NCBI GenBank assembly: GCA_963664225.1
Contig: OY760937.1
Span: forward strand, 2,464,001 to 2,528,000
Length of the DNA: 64,000 bases
Direction: 5' to 3'
Source of the DNA: Verrucomicrobiia bacterium
GTDB lineage: Bacteria; Verrucomicrobiota; Verrucomicrobiia; Limisphaerales; UBA1319
Of the stretch, positions 9,911 to 19,848 are shown piece after piece. The position numbers were made by a program, and so were the translations under genes. The notes beneath the pieces were generated by a model. The model ran no database searches, was not told the origin of the DNA, and saw nothing but the letters and a program-made list of their open reading frames with translations. How positions within the stretch are numbered: the stretch's first letter is position 1; each line of letters starts with the position of its first letter.

Positions 9911-10465
9911 TCACTGGATGACCAGGGTGGTCTTGTGGTTTGGACCCTCTTCCTCCCAACGACGGCGCAGGTAGATGACGATCTGGTCGTTGAGCTGCTG
10001 ACAGCCCGAATTCCACCGTTTGGCGCCCAGCAGTCCTTTGACCGACGAGCGCAAACCGGTAAAGCGGATGACGCGCGGCATGGACGCCAGCTTGCTGTCC
10101 AGGGTTTCGTGCAAAGTCTTGAAGAAAGCCAACTCCAGAAAACCTGAGCCTTCCGCCAGGGTGCGTAAATCCAGTTCCGAAACCGACCCTTCCACAACGG
10201 GCACGGTGGCCGATTGAACGCTCACCCCCATGCCGCGCAAGGCTTTTTCAAGTGCTTCGGAGAATTCGGCAACGGAGACATTTTCCCGTCCCAGATCATG
10301 CCGGAAATAATGGAGCACCGCCTCCGCCGCATGCTGGACCATGACCGGATCGAGCTGATAACAGGCTTCGCCGAGCAATTCCACACTCACCTGTTCCGCC
10401 GAGCAGGGCAAAAGATCGCCGGACCCGGATTCAATCTGCAGGTAATCGGGGCGCAATTGTATCAT
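9911..10465 (-). CDS. hypothetical protein translationally coupled to nrdR, possible degenerate ATP-cone
   Basis: ATG at 10465 overlaps the nrdR TGA (ATGA); 184 aa starting MIQLRPDYLQ. Confidence 0.7.
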   Translation of the reverse strand: MIQLRPDYLQIESGSGDLLPCSAEQVSVELLGEACYQLDPVMVQHAAEAVLHYFRHDLGRENVSVAEFSEALEKALRGMGVSVQSATVPVVEGSVSELDLRTLAEGSGFLELAFFKTLHETLDSKLASMPRVIRFTGLRSSVKGLLGAKRWNSGCQQLNDQIVIYLRRRWEEEGPNHKTTLVIQ

Positions 10466-10920
10466 AGGCTTTTGTTCTCCAAATTGTTGACGACCTTGAC
10501 AAACTCCGTGGCTTCCTGGAACCGGCGATACACGCTGGCAAAACGGACGTAAGCGACCTCGTCCAATGCCCGCAAACCATCCATGACCCGCTCCCCGATC
10601 TCGGCACACGGCACCTCGCGCTCAAAATGCACCACCACATCCGCTTCGATCTTCTCGACCAGATCCTCGATGGCTTTGGTGCTGACGGGACGCTTTTGAC
10701 ACGCTTTTTTGATGCCAAAGCGGAGTTTCTCCTTCGAATACTCCTCCAGACGGCCATCTCGTTTGACAACCATCAAGCCTTCGTGCTCGATTTCTTCATA
10801 CGTGGTGTAGCGATATTGGCACGCCAGACACTCCCGGCGCCGACGAATGGTGGCCCCTTCCCGGGAGGACCGGGAATCGATCACCTTGTCATCCTGACAA
10901 GCGCACTTGGGACATCGCAT
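10462..10920 (-). CDS. nrdR: transcriptional repressor NrdR
   Basis: MRCPKC...VIDSR...RRRRECLAC zinc ribbon, ATP-cone VVKRDG, C-terminal AYVRFASVY. Confidence 0.97.
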   Translation of the reverse strand: MRCPKCACQDDKVIDSRSSREGATIRRRRECLACQYRYTTYEEIEHEGLMVVKRDGRLEEYSKEKLRFGIKKACQKRPVSTKAIEDLVEKIEADVVVHFEREVPCAEIGERVMDGLRALDEVAYVRFASVYRRFQEATEFVKVVNNLENKSL

Positions 10921-11223
10921 AAAGTTCGTCTAAAGCATCCGAAAAACCACACAAACTACCCTGTAATGTGTCCAGACTCTTGTACTATACAATTGCTTGT
11001 GGTGTCAAGTCTGGGAGAGGAGTTATTTGAATATCGTTTGGAGGCCGGGTTTCGGCAGAAGTTTAGCTTTTCGAGGCGGTGCGTTGTTGGGGCTAAGTAT
11101 GGCCTCCAACTCCATCCTTTGCAGGGATTGGGAGCCTGAAAGCCCGGGCGGGTATTATCCAAACTAATTTTTAGACAATACAAGGATTGTTTGCTATTAT
11201 TGTTACTGAACAACAGGAGCATT

Positions 11224-13662
11224 ATGGATTACAGGCTGACTTTCAAATTTGGGGCGAGTTGCGCACTCGCGTTATTTCTTTCATTAACGGCACCGATAAA
11301 GGCAGCGAATGGAAACACGGTCATCGGGTGGAACGATTTGGGGATGCACTGCATGGATGGAGTGGATTTCTCGGTCTTTTCGATCCTCCCGCCCTTCAAC
11401 AACATACACTCGCACCTGATCGCCAATGGCCAACTGATCACAGACACAAATTCCTACACGCTCACTTACGAGGCGGTGGCCGATCCAAGCGGTTCGATCA
11501 ACACGACCTCGCAGGGCAAAGGCAATTTCTGGGATTATGTGCTCGATATGTATGGGGTGACACTGCCGGTGGATGTGGGCCTGGCGGGTTATAATATGCC
11601 CGGCACGAACAACATACCTCAAGCCATGGGTTTCGACGCCACCGAAAACTGGTTTACCGGCGCGGGCATTCCCATCACCCCCTTCGATGACCGTTTGGTC
11701 AAGAACCCCTATCCCATGATGCGCGTTGTGGCGCGTAGCAAAACCAACAATGCAGTGATTGCCACGACGGATATCGTTCTGCCCGTGTCGGATGAGATGG
11801 ATTGCCGGGCCTGTCATTTATCCGGTTCCTATCGGGACGCCCAACCCATTGGCGGCTGGGAATGGAATGTGGACCGCAACAAGGATTACAAGCTGAACAT
11901 CCTGCGCCTCCACGACCAATACCAGGCCAATTTCCAAAGCAAATACGCCACCCTGCTGGCCGCAGCCCATTACAACACGAACGGGCTTTATGCGACGGTC
12001 GTCAAGGATGGCACGGCGGTGCTTTGCGCGAATTGTCATCCCTCGAACGCCCTTCCCGGGAAGGGCCAGAATGGAATTACTCCCCTGACCCAGGCGATTC
12101 ACGGTTTTCATGCCTTCGTGCTGGATCCTGGTACCCATATTTTGCTCGACGATTCAGCCAACCGTGCCTCGTGTTATCGCTGCCATCCCGGCTCGTCCAC
12201 CAAATGCCTGCGCGGAGCGATGGGCAGCGCGGTGGCGGCGGATGGTTCGATGGCCATGCAATGCCAGAGTTGTCACGGCAGCATGAGCGCTGTGGGACGC
12301 GGCGGGCGCATCGGTTGGCTCGAACAACCCAACTGCCAGGCCTGCCATACCGGCACGGCGGTTCAAAATAACGGGCAAATCCGTTTCACCTCGGCGTTGG
12401 AAACCAACGGCACGCTCCGTGTGGCGTCGAACACCACATTCGCCACGCAGCCCAACACCCCGGCTGCGGGTGTTTCTCTCTACCGCTTTTCCAAGGGACA
12501 CGGCGGCCTGCAATGCGAGGCCTGTCACGGTTCCACCCATGCTGAATTCCCCTCCTCACACACCAATGACAATGTGCAGAGCTTCCAATTGCAAGGGCAC
12601 ATCGGCATGCTCACCGAATGCGCCACCTGCCACGGAACCTCCCCGGTCACCACCAGTGGCGGTCCTCATGGCATGCATCCTGTCGGCCAAACCTGGGTCA
12701 GCAGGCATCCCAATGTGGTCGAATCCTCAGGCTCCACCCAATGCAAGGCCTGTCACGGAAACGACTATCGGGGCACGGTCCTCTCGCGTTCCCAGGCGGA
12801 CCGCAACATCACCGGCATCGGAAGCCATTTCTTCTGGCGCGGTTATCAGATCGGCTGTTACGCCTGCCATAACGGGCCAAGCAATGAGGATCAAGCCAAT
12901 CCCAACCCGCCCGCGACCGTGGCCAATGTCACTGCGACCGGAGTCAGCGGTGTGCCGTTGGCCATTCCGCTCTCCGCCACGGATCCCACTGGCAATCTTT
13001 TGACGTTGCGTGTGGTGACTCAACCCGCGCACGGCACCCTGGGAATGAGCAACCAGACTGCGTTCTATTTCCCGGACGCCAACTACACCGGGCCGGACAG
13101 TTTCACCTATGCCGCGTGGAATGGCTCGGTGGATTCCAACCTGGGTTCGGGACAAGTCATGGTAGCCGCCGGTCCATTTGGGATGGGTTGCACCTCGGTG
13201 GCGGCACCGAAGGTTCCCGCCAAAAAGGCCGCACCCTTCTGGGCGACTCCGACGGTCACGAATTATACGGGTGCAGTGACGTTTGACTGGAATTTCGGGG
13301 ACGCAACGGCCCATGACACCAACCAATACGCGGCTCATGCCTACGCGTTGCCAGGGCAATATGCGTGGACCCTGCTCGCCTCCGCCAACGGGATCACCGT
13401 GACCAACACGGGAAATATCACGGTCAGCGCCGCGATCGTGGAACCCCCGCTGCTCTCGATCGAACGCCAGGGGACCAACGTGTTGATCTCTTGGTCAATG
13501 ACTTACACGAACTTTGTGCTGGAAACGACCGATCTCCTGGCGGCCTCGAACTTCTGGAGTCAGGCATCGGCGATTTCGACTCTGCAATCGAACCGGCTGG
13601 TGGTAACGGAAGGGATCACAAACACAGCGCGCTATTACCGGCTGCGCCAGACAACGCCGTAA
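11224..13662 (+). CDS. secreted multiheme (9 x CxxCH) cytochrome c with Ig-like and PKD domains
   Basis: Signal peptide; WNDLGMHC; CRACH, CANCH, CYRCH, CQSCH, CQACH, CEACH, CATCH, CKACH, CYACH; PKD WNFGD; ends RYYRLRQTTP. Confidence 0.9.
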   Translation: MDYRLTFKFGASCALALFLSLTAPIKAANGNTVIGWNDLGMHCMDGVDFSVFSILPPFNNIHSHLIANGQLITDTNSYTLTYEAVADPSGSINTTSQGKGNFWDYVLDMYGVTLPVDVGLAGYNMPGTNNIPQAMGFDATENWFTGAGIPITPFDDRLVKNPYPMMRVVARSKTNNAVIATTDIVLPVSDEMDCRACHLSGSYRDAQPIGGWEWNVDRNKDYKLNILRLHDQYQANFQSKYATLLAAAHYNTNGLYATVVKDGTAVLCANCHPSNALPGKGQNGITPLTQAIHGFHAFVLDPGTHILLDDSANRASCYRCHPGSSTKCLRGAMGSAVAADGSMAMQCQSCHGSMSAVGRGGRIGWLEQPNCQACHTGTAVQNNGQIRFTSALETNGTLRVASNTTFATQPNTPAAGVSLYRFSKGHGGLQCEACHGSTHAEFPSSHTNDNVQSFQLQGHIGMLTECATCHGTSPVTTSGGPHGMHPVGQTWVSRHPNVVESSGSTQCKACHGNDYRGTVLSRSQADRNITGIGSHFFWRGYQIGCYACHNGPSNEDQANPNPPATVANVTATGVSGVPLAIPLSATDPTGNLLTLRVVTQPAHGTLGMSNQTAFYFPDANYTGPDSFTYAAWNGSVDSNLGSGQVMVAAGPFGMGCTSVAAPKVPAKKAAPFWATPTVTNYTGAVTFDWNFGDATAHDTNQYAAHAYALPGQYAWTLLASANGITVTNTGNITVSAAIVEPPLLSIERQGTNVLISWSMTYTNFVLETTDLLAASNFWSQASAISTLQSNRLVVTEGITNTARYYRLRQTTP

Positions 13663-13681
13663 GCGAAGTTTCCAGCGAGGT

Positions 13682-14452
13682 TTAAGCCGGGCGTTCTTGC
13701 GCCCGGTTGAAGGCCACGGCATCGGTGTAACGAACGCCGGTGCCGCCGAAAATATCAAGCGCGGAACCGATGGTCAGATCGATTCGGCCATTTCCCATGC
13801 GGGTGACCTCCACCAGGTCCTCCATCGACCGCGCCCCACCGGCGTAGGTCGTGGGAATGGGCGACCACGCGCCAAGTCGGCTGACCAATTCCCGGTCGAT
13901 GCCCCCGCAGAGTCCTTCCACATCCACCGCGTGAATCAGGAATTCGGCGCAATATTTGGCCAGGGATTCGAGCGTCGATTTTTCAACCGTTTGATTGGTG
14001 AATTTCTGCCAGCGGTCGGTGACCACGAAGTATTGGCCGTCCCGGATGCGGCAGCTCAGATCGAGCACCAGACGGTTGGCGCCAACAGCCCTGACCAGTT
14101 CATCGAGGCGATCCCAGTCAATCCGGCCCTCGCGAAAGACCCAGGAGGTGACGATCACGTGCGAAGCCCCGGCATCGAGATAGCTGGAGGCGTTTTCGGC
14201 GGAAATGCCGCCGCCGATCTGGAGTCCACCCGGCCAGGCGGCCAAAGCCTCCCGCGCGGCGGATTCATTTCCCGGCCCGAGCATGATGACATGCCCGCCC
14301 GCAAGTCCATCCTTGCGATAGAGTTCGGCGAACCATGCACTCGAACGTTCCGAGACAAAGTTGGTGCGCAAGCCCGCGGCGCGGTCGTTCAACGAGCCGC
14401 CCACGATCTGTTTCACCTTGCCTTCGTGAAGGTCAATGCACGGGCGGAACAT
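13682..14452 (-). CDS. hisA: ProFAR isomerase HisA, His6 (eukaryote-like) type
   Basis: FRPCIDLHEGKVKQIVGGSL, GGHVIMLG, ASHVIVTS, HAVDVEG, DLTIGSALDIFGG. Confidence 0.93.
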   Translation of the reverse strand: MFRPCIDLHEGKVKQIVGGSLNDRAAGLRTNFVSERSSAWFAELYRKDGLAGGHVIMLGPGNESAAREALAAWPGGLQIGGGISAENASSYLDAGASHVIVTSWVFREGRIDWDRLDELVRAVGANRLVLDLSCRIRDGQYFVVTDRWQKFTNQTVEKSTLESLAKYCAEFLIHAVDVEGLCGGIDRELVSRLGAWSPIPTTYAGGARSMEDLVEVTRMGNGRIDLTIGSALDIFGGTGVRYTDAVAFNRAQERPA

Positions 14453-14488
14453 GGGAGGAAAACCGGAATCTGCGCCTGTCGGCGAACG

Positions 14489-14517
14489 AAAAAAAAGGCG
14501 CCCGCAGTCCGGGCGCC
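14489..14517 (-). terminator. intrinsic terminator downstream of rpsT
   Basis: Minus strand GGCGCCCG-GACTG-CGGGCGCC followed by a T8 run. Confidence 0.8.
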
Positions 14518-14540
14518 ATTCACGCTTTCCAGCGCGGAAA

Positions 14541-14804
14541 TTACTTCATCTTGTTCACCTGGATGGCCAGGCGCGATTTCTTGCGATTGGCCTTGTTGCG
14601 GTGCACAATACCGGCCTTGACGCCCTTGTCCAGGGCGCTGCTGACGGTCTTGAGCGCGGCCGTGGCTTCGTCCTTCTTGCCACTCTTGATGACATCGGCG
14701 TAGTTGCGTTCCACGGTCTTCAAACCGGATTTGCGGCTCCGGTTCTGCGTGTTCTTGCGGGCGCTGTTGCGCATGCGCCGTTCGGCTGAATGAGTATTCG
14801 GCAT
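14541..14804 (-). CDS. rpsT: 30S ribosomal protein S20
   Basis: MPNTHSAERR...LDKGVKAGIVHRNKANRKKSRL. Confidence 0.97.
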   Translation of the reverse strand: MPNTHSAERRMRNSARKNTQNRSRKSGLKTVERNYADVIKSGKKDEATAALKTVSSALDKGVKAGIVHRNKANRKKSRLAIQVNKMK

Positions 14805-14883
14805 AAATATCTATCTCAATTTAAACAGAGTTCAGCCTATCGAATTTCCCATCGATGTCAATGACAGGAATTGGACCTTTTTT

Positions 14884-15549
14884 TCAACATAATCCCGAAA
14901 GCGCGTCTGAAACACGCGCGATCTCGGGAATGTCAAACCTCTCAGAGGCGGCCAATACCAGTTGTTGTTTTTGCCGAGGGCTTAAAACATGGAGATCGCC
15001 GTCACCGAAATAGCTCAGCGATTTCATTGTGAACATGGGATTGAATTGGTCCCCGTAGAGCGCCCGTGCCGCCCCCAACATCTCTGGCAGCTTGATGCCA
15101 TGATCCAAAATGGCGATGATATCGAGGTAATCCTTGGATTCGGCGCGCTGTTGCACGACCTTGGCCTTTGTGGCGGCGATGTCGAGCAGCGAGGCCACGC
15201 GCAGAATGCCGTCGATGGTTTCTTCGGGGTCCCGCACGCGCCCCATGTTCAGACCGCCAAAAAACGAGACTTTCACAGCCCCGCCCCGATCGATGGCCAT
15301 CGTCAGCGTCTGACTTTCGTTCTGAAGCACTTTACCGTCCGTAAGGAACGGTATGGTTTGGATCAGGCGCTCGGGAATCAGTTTTTCGGATGTGAAAAAA
15401 TCGAAATCGATGGACTGCCGGTGTCCCAACCGCAACGAGAGGCCCGTTCCACCATAAAGCACAAAGGTTTTCGGGACTTGCCGTAGATCCGGCCATAGCG
15501 CTTGTTGCGGCCTGGGCAAAACATCCAATCGCGGTTCAAACCTATTCAT
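14884..15549 (-). CDS. AbiEii/AbiGii-family nucleotidyltransferase toxin
   Basis: LYGGTGLSLRLGHRQSIDFDFF, ATKA...RAESKDYLD. Start overlaps the upstream stop (ATGA). Confidence 0.88.
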   Translation of the reverse strand: MNRFEPRLDVLPRPQQALWPDLRQVPKTFVLYGGTGLSLRLGHRQSIDFDFFTSEKLIPERLIQTIPFLTDGKVLQNESQTLTMAIDRGGAVKVSFFGGLNMGRVRDPEETIDGILRVASLLDIAATKAKVVQQRAESKDYLDIIAILDHGIKLPEMLGAARALYGDQFNPMFTMKSLSYFGDGDLHVLSPRQKQQLVLAASERFDIPEIARVSDALSGLC

Positions 15550-15848
15550 ATCACCCTTTGCGGAAGCGGAGGCACTGGATGACGCCCAAAATACAGATGC
15601 CAATAATTCCACGATTTCAGATCGAAAACACCCGGCGGGGCATTGTCCAGTACGCCTTCGAATGCCCGCTCGCCCAGCAGGCTCCTTGTCTTGCGCACAT
15701 CCTCCCAATCCCCAAAAACCATCACTTGCGCCACCAAACGCGTAACGTCCCGGATCGCCTCGTCAGGCGTGCCCCACCAAAACACCTTGGCAGCCACCGC
15801 AGCAAGCTCCTTCTCGATATCCGGCGTGATGTCCTGGGTTAATGGCAT
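15546..15848 (-). CDS. small partner protein (putative antitoxin) of the AbiEii toxin
   Basis: 100 aa, VFWW...VAQVMVFGDWEDV...APPGVFD..SWNYW; coupled to the toxin gene. Confidence 0.7.
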   Translation of the reverse strand: MPLTQDITPDIEKELAAVAAKVFWWGTPDEAIRDVTRLVAQVMVFGDWEDVRKTRSLLGERAFEGVLDNAPPGVFDLKSWNYWHLYFGRHPVPPLPQRVI

Positions 15849-15952
15849 ATCCAAGTGGTGATCACGTCCCCAGTTTACCTCGTTTATGCCCCTGGACGCA
15901 AGCCAACAAGCCGGGGAGTCAGCGGACGAAGTCAACGCTCAGCGCACATTTC

Positions 15953-16405
15953 TCAAACCTCATCGAGCGCCTTCAGGCAATACCAGCGCACTGCGGCCGA
16001 AATGGGCGGCGTCAAGGTGTCCAGATCCGCCGCGCTGCACCAGCGGATGTCGTAATGTTCGGCCGGCGCGAGTGTGAGTTTGCCGCCCTTGGGCCGCGCA
16101 AAATAAATCAGGCCGATGTGCTCGTGGATCTCGGAAATCCGGTGGATATCCATGAACCGGGGAGCAATGAGGGCGCGCGTGCCCGGACCCGTGGTGGGGG
16201 GACGTTCCCCCAAAAGCTCCACCTCCAGCCCGCTTTCCTCGAAGGCCTCCCGCAATGCCGCCGTCTCCGGTTCCTCGTCCAGCTCGATATGGCCGCCCAA
16301 GGGCAGCCAATGATTGAGCTTGCGATGGTGAACGAGCAGGACCCGGCCCGCCTCCACCACAAAGATGGCGGAGGTGAAATCGATCTTTTCGTGGATATGC
16401 GCCAT
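15953..16405 (-). CDS. NUDIX hydrolase
   Basis: Nudix box GGHIELDEEPETAALREAFEESGL. Start overlaps the purM stop (TAATG). Confidence 0.9.
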   Translation of the reverse strand: MAHIHEKIDFTSAIFVVEAGRVLLVHHRKLNHWLPLGGHIELDEEPETAALREAFEESGLEVELLGERPPTTGPGTRALIAPRFMDIHRISEIHEHIGLIYFARPKGGKLTLAPAEHYDIRWCSAADLDTLTPPISAAVRWYCLKALDEV

Positions 16406-17460
16406 TAAATTACGCGCGATTTGCCCGTGCCCCGGGCGACTTCGCCCACGATCCATGCGGTCTGCTTCTGCGCCTTGATGAACTTCAGCACCGGGTCCGC
16501 CTGCACCGCGGGAACGATAAACACCATGCCCACGCCCATATTGAATACCTGGTAAAGCTCAGCCTCGGGAACGCCGCCGCGCTCTTTGAGGAGCTGGAAT
16601 ATGGGGAGCATGTCCCAGGAACCCTTGTGGATGAGGACATCGCAGGTTTTGGGGAGAATGCGTGGGATGTTGTCCACGAATCCACCGCCGGTGATGTGCG
16701 CGATGCCCTTGATGATGCGCGCCCGGCGCGAACCGGCGTTGAACTTGCGCATGAGTTTCTGGACCAGCGGCCCATAGCTGACATGCACCTTGAGCAATTC
16801 CTCCCCGAGCGTGCCTTCCAATCCGGGCACGCGGCTGGACGGTTTGAGCTTCATGCGCTCAAAAAGGATTTTCCGGGCCAGCGAGTAACCATTGGTGTGC
16901 AGGCCGTTGGAAGCCACGCCAATGACCGCATCGCCGGGGCGGATGCTGGTGCCATCGATCATCCGGTCCTTCTCAACGACGCCCACGATGGTGCCGCTCA
17001 CGTCATATTCGCCCGCCTGGTAGAACCCGGGCATCTGGGCGGTTTCCCCGCCGATCAGCGCGCAATTATTTTCCGAACAGGCCTGGGCGAACCCGGCGAT
17101 GATGTCCTTGAAAACGTCGGGCTCGAGTTTGCCGGTGCCAATGTAATCGAGGAAAAAGAGGGGTTCGGCGCCCAGCACGGCAATGTCGTTGACGCAATGA
17201 TTGACCAGGTCCTGGCCAATGGTCTCATGACGCTTCATGGCGAAGGCGATCTTGAGCTTCGTGCCCACGCCATCGACGCTGGAAACCAGAACGGGCTTTT
17301 TGTATTTTTTGGTGTTCAGCGCAAAGAGCCCGCCGAAGCCGCCCACCTTGCCCAGCACTTCCGTGCGATGGGTGGAGGCCAGAAGCTTGGGCAAATCGGC
17401 TTTGACACGATTTCCCAGGTCAATATCGACACCCGCAAGGGCGTATGCTTTTTGTTTCAT
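16405..17460 (-). CDS. purM: phosphoribosylformylglycinamidine cyclo-ligase
   Basis: YALAGVDI, GGFGG, DGVGTK, GGETAQMPG, GLHTNGYSL, AHITGGG, VFNMGVG. Confidence 0.97.
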   Translation of the reverse strand: MKQKAYALAGVDIDLGNRVKADLPKLLASTHRTEVLGKVGGFGGLFALNTKKYKKPVLVSSVDGVGTKLKIAFAMKRHETIGQDLVNHCVNDIAVLGAEPLFFLDYIGTGKLEPDVFKDIIAGFAQACSENNCALIGGETAQMPGFYQAGEYDVSGTIVGVVEKDRMIDGTSIRPGDAVIGVASNGLHTNGYSLARKILFERMKLKPSSRVPGLEGTLGEELLKVHVSYGPLVQKLMRKFNAGSRRARIIKGIAHITGGGFVDNIPRILPKTCDVLIHKGSWDMLPIFQLLKERGGVPEAELYQVFNMGVGMVFIVPAVQADPVLKFIKAQKQTAWIVGEVARGTGKSRVI

Positions 17461-17501
17461 GTTCTTCAATTTCCAAAGTCTGTTTACCGCTGGTCACCGC
17501 C

Positions 17502-18056
17502 TCAGGCCTTCTGGCCTTGCTCCACATTGATCCCGTTCTTCAGGCAATACTGCGCGTTGGCCGCGTATTTCAACGCAATGAACCGCAGATGCTCGCGTTC
17601 CTCAGGCGTCAGTTCTCGCACCACCCGTGCCGGCGATCCCATCACCAGCGAACCGTCCGGCACCTTCATTCCCTGGGTGACCAGGGCATGAGCCGCCACA
17701 ATGCAGTGACTGCCAATCACCGCGCCATCCAGCACAGCTGAGCCCATTCCAATGAGTGTATCATTGCCGATCGTGCATCCATGCACCACCGCGGCATGGC
17801 CGATCGTGACATAATCCCCCACCACACATGCGTGGGCATCCGCCAGATGCAGCACCGCGTTATCCTGGATATTCGTGTGATGGCCCACGGTTATGGCATT
17901 AATGTCCGCGCGCAGCACGGCATTATACCACACGCTCGAGTCATGGCCCAGCGTGACCGCCCCCACGAGAACCCCGCCCCGGGCCACATAAACATTGGAG
18001 CCCAATGACGGTTTTTGTCGCAGGAAGGTTTCGAGTTGTTTTTCCAGATCGTCCAC
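17502..18056 (-). CDS. gamma carbonic anhydrase family protein
   Basis: Hexapeptide repeats, VLRAD, TNIQDNAVLH, TIGHAAVVHGC. GTG start at 18056 is inferred. Confidence 0.9.
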   Translation of the reverse strand: MDDLEKQLETFLRQKPSLGSNVYVARGGVLVGAVTLGHDSSVWYNAVLRADINAITVGHHTNIQDNAVLHLADAHACVVGDYVTIGHAAVVHGCTIGNDTLIGMGSAVLDGAVIGSHCIVAAHALVTQGMKVPDGSLVMGSPARVVRELTPEEREHLRFIALKYAANAQYCLKNGINVEQGQKA

Positions 18057-18228
18057 CGACCGATTACTAAAACCCAAAGACCGTCCGGGTTCAATCTGAA
18101 AACCCGACCCGGTTTTGGATTGCCGCGTGTTGAGGCCATGATAACCTGCAACTTCCATTAAAGAACACCACCGAACCCGGCCTGGCCGCATGGGTGAATT
18201 GGGTTTCGGGGTAAATCGTGGATCCATC

Positions 18229-19848
18229 ATGAAACACTCGTTTTATTTTGCGCAAAAGTCCTGGCTGACGTCGTTGCTGGCCATTTTATTAATCCCCTCC
18301 GGACTGGCCGGTGGGGCACCGGCGCAGGAAACGCAAACCGACAGCCGCAGGCCGCAATTGGTCCGGCGCAACGGATCGACCGCACTCATGGTCGATGGCC
18401 AGCCGTTCCACATGGTCTCGGGCGAACTGCACAACTCAAGTTCGTCGAGCCTGGAATACATGAAACCAATCTGGCCGAAACTGGGCGCGCTGAATCTGAA
18501 CTCAGTGATCGCCAGTCTTTCGTGGGAACTGGTGGAGCCGGTCGAGGGCCAATACGATTTTAAACTGCTGGACGGGCTGATCGCCTCCGCACGGGAGCAA
18601 AATATGCGCCTGGCGTTGATCTGGTTCGCCACCTGGAAAAACGGGGATGGCACCTACATTCCGGCATGGGTTAAGACTAATACGCAGCGATTTGCCCGCT
18701 GCCAGCATATTCCCGGACGGGACACTACCCAGTTAAGCGCCCTCTGTGAGGCCAACATGGCCGCAGATGCCAGGGCTTTTGCTGCTGTCATGAGCCACAT
18801 CCGCAAGGTGGACTCGAAGCGCCACACGGTGATCATGATGCAGGTGGAGAATGAATCGGGTGTGATGCCTGTGGCCCGCGACCACGGAGCACTCGCGGAG
18901 GCGGCGTTCGCAAAACCCGTTCCGGCGGAATTGATGCGCTACCTCATCGACCACAAGGATCGGCTCAACGCGGACACCCGGGAGATATGGGAGCGCAATC
19001 AGTTCAAGGAATCGGGCACGTGGAGCGAGGTGTTCGGCGCGGACGCCGATGAGGTGTTCATGTCCTGGAACATCGGCCGCTACATCGGCACGGTGGCGTC
19101 TGCGGGCAAGGCCGAGTACGCATTGCCCATGTATGCCAACGCGTGGCTGGTGCAGTTCAAGGGGCAGAAGGCGGGGGAATATCCCAGCGGCGGGCCGGTG
19201 GCGAAAATGCACGACATCTGGCGGGCGGCGGCTCCCGCGATTGACCTGCTCGCCCCGGACATCTACCTGGACGATTTCAAGGGCATCTGCCGGGAATACA
19301 CGCAGGGCGGCAATCCCCTGTTCATTCCCGAGGCGCGTCTGGATAAACTGGTCGGTCGCCGCGCTTATTATGCCTTTGGCGCGCATGATGCCCTTTGCTT
19401 TGCGCCGTTTGGCATCGACGAGCTGGCAGAGAACGATCCGCTGCGCGAGCATTACGCCGTATTGCAGAGCCTCCTGCCGTTGTTTGCCCGGCATCCGGAG
19501 AGCACCAACCGCATCGGCTTCCTCCAGTCACCCGGTGAGAAATCAACGAACATCGACATTGGCGATTTCCGCGCGGAAATCGAGTATTCCGACCAGGGCG
19601 AACCGGGCGCGGGACTGGTCCTGGCCATCGCTCCAGACACCTTCGTGATGATCGGGGTGGATTACAGCATCCGGTTTGGAGCGCGATCGAACAAGCCCGG
19701 GAACACCGCCTGGCTGTCGATTGACGAGGGCGTATTCGTCAATGGCCAATGGAAACCGGGACGGCGGCTTAACGGCGACGAAGCCAGTTGGCGCGTTCGG
19801 TTGGGCCACCAGCCGCAGGTGCTCATCGGGAGGGTGTATCGGTACTGA
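18229..19848 (+). CDS. GH35-like beta-galactosidase with DUF5597-type C-terminus
   Basis: GELHNSS, WELVEP, MMQVENE, YPSGGP, LAPDIY, LFIPE, RRLNGDE; signal peptide. Confidence 0.85.
   Translation: MKHSFYFAQKSWLTSLLAILLIPSGLAGGAPAQETQTDSRRPQLVRRNGSTALMVDGQPFHMVSGELHNSSSSSLEYMKPIWPKLGALNLNSVIASLSWELVEPVEGQYDFKLLDGLIASAREQNMRLALIWFATWKNGDGTYIPAWVKTNTQRFARCQHIPGRDTTQLSALCEANMAADARAFAAVMSHIRKVDSKRHTVIMMQVENESGVMPVARDHGALAEAAFAKPVPAELMRYLIDHKDRLNADTREIWERNQFKESGTWSEVFGADADEVFMSWNIGRYIGTVASAGKAEYALPMYANAWLVQFKGQKAGEYPSGGPVAKMHDIWRAAAPAIDLLAPDIYLDDFKGICREYTQGGNPLFIPEARLDKLVGRRAYYAFGAHDALCFAPFGIDELAENDPLREHYAVLQSLLPLFARHPESTNRIGFLQSPGEKSTNIDIGDFRAEIEYSDQGEPGAGLVLAIAPDTFVMIGVDYSIRFGARSNKPGNTAWLSIDEGVFVNGQWKPGRRLNGDEASWRVRLGHQPQVLIGRVYRY

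Noticed and set aside
10925..11010. NrdR boxes upstream of nrdR
   Set aside because: Only partial matches to the acaCwAtATaTwGtg consensus; no convincing tandem pair.
13682..14452. eukaryote-to-bacterium transfer of His6-type hisA
   Set aside because: This HisA subtype is known in several bacterial groups, and GC content and context look native.
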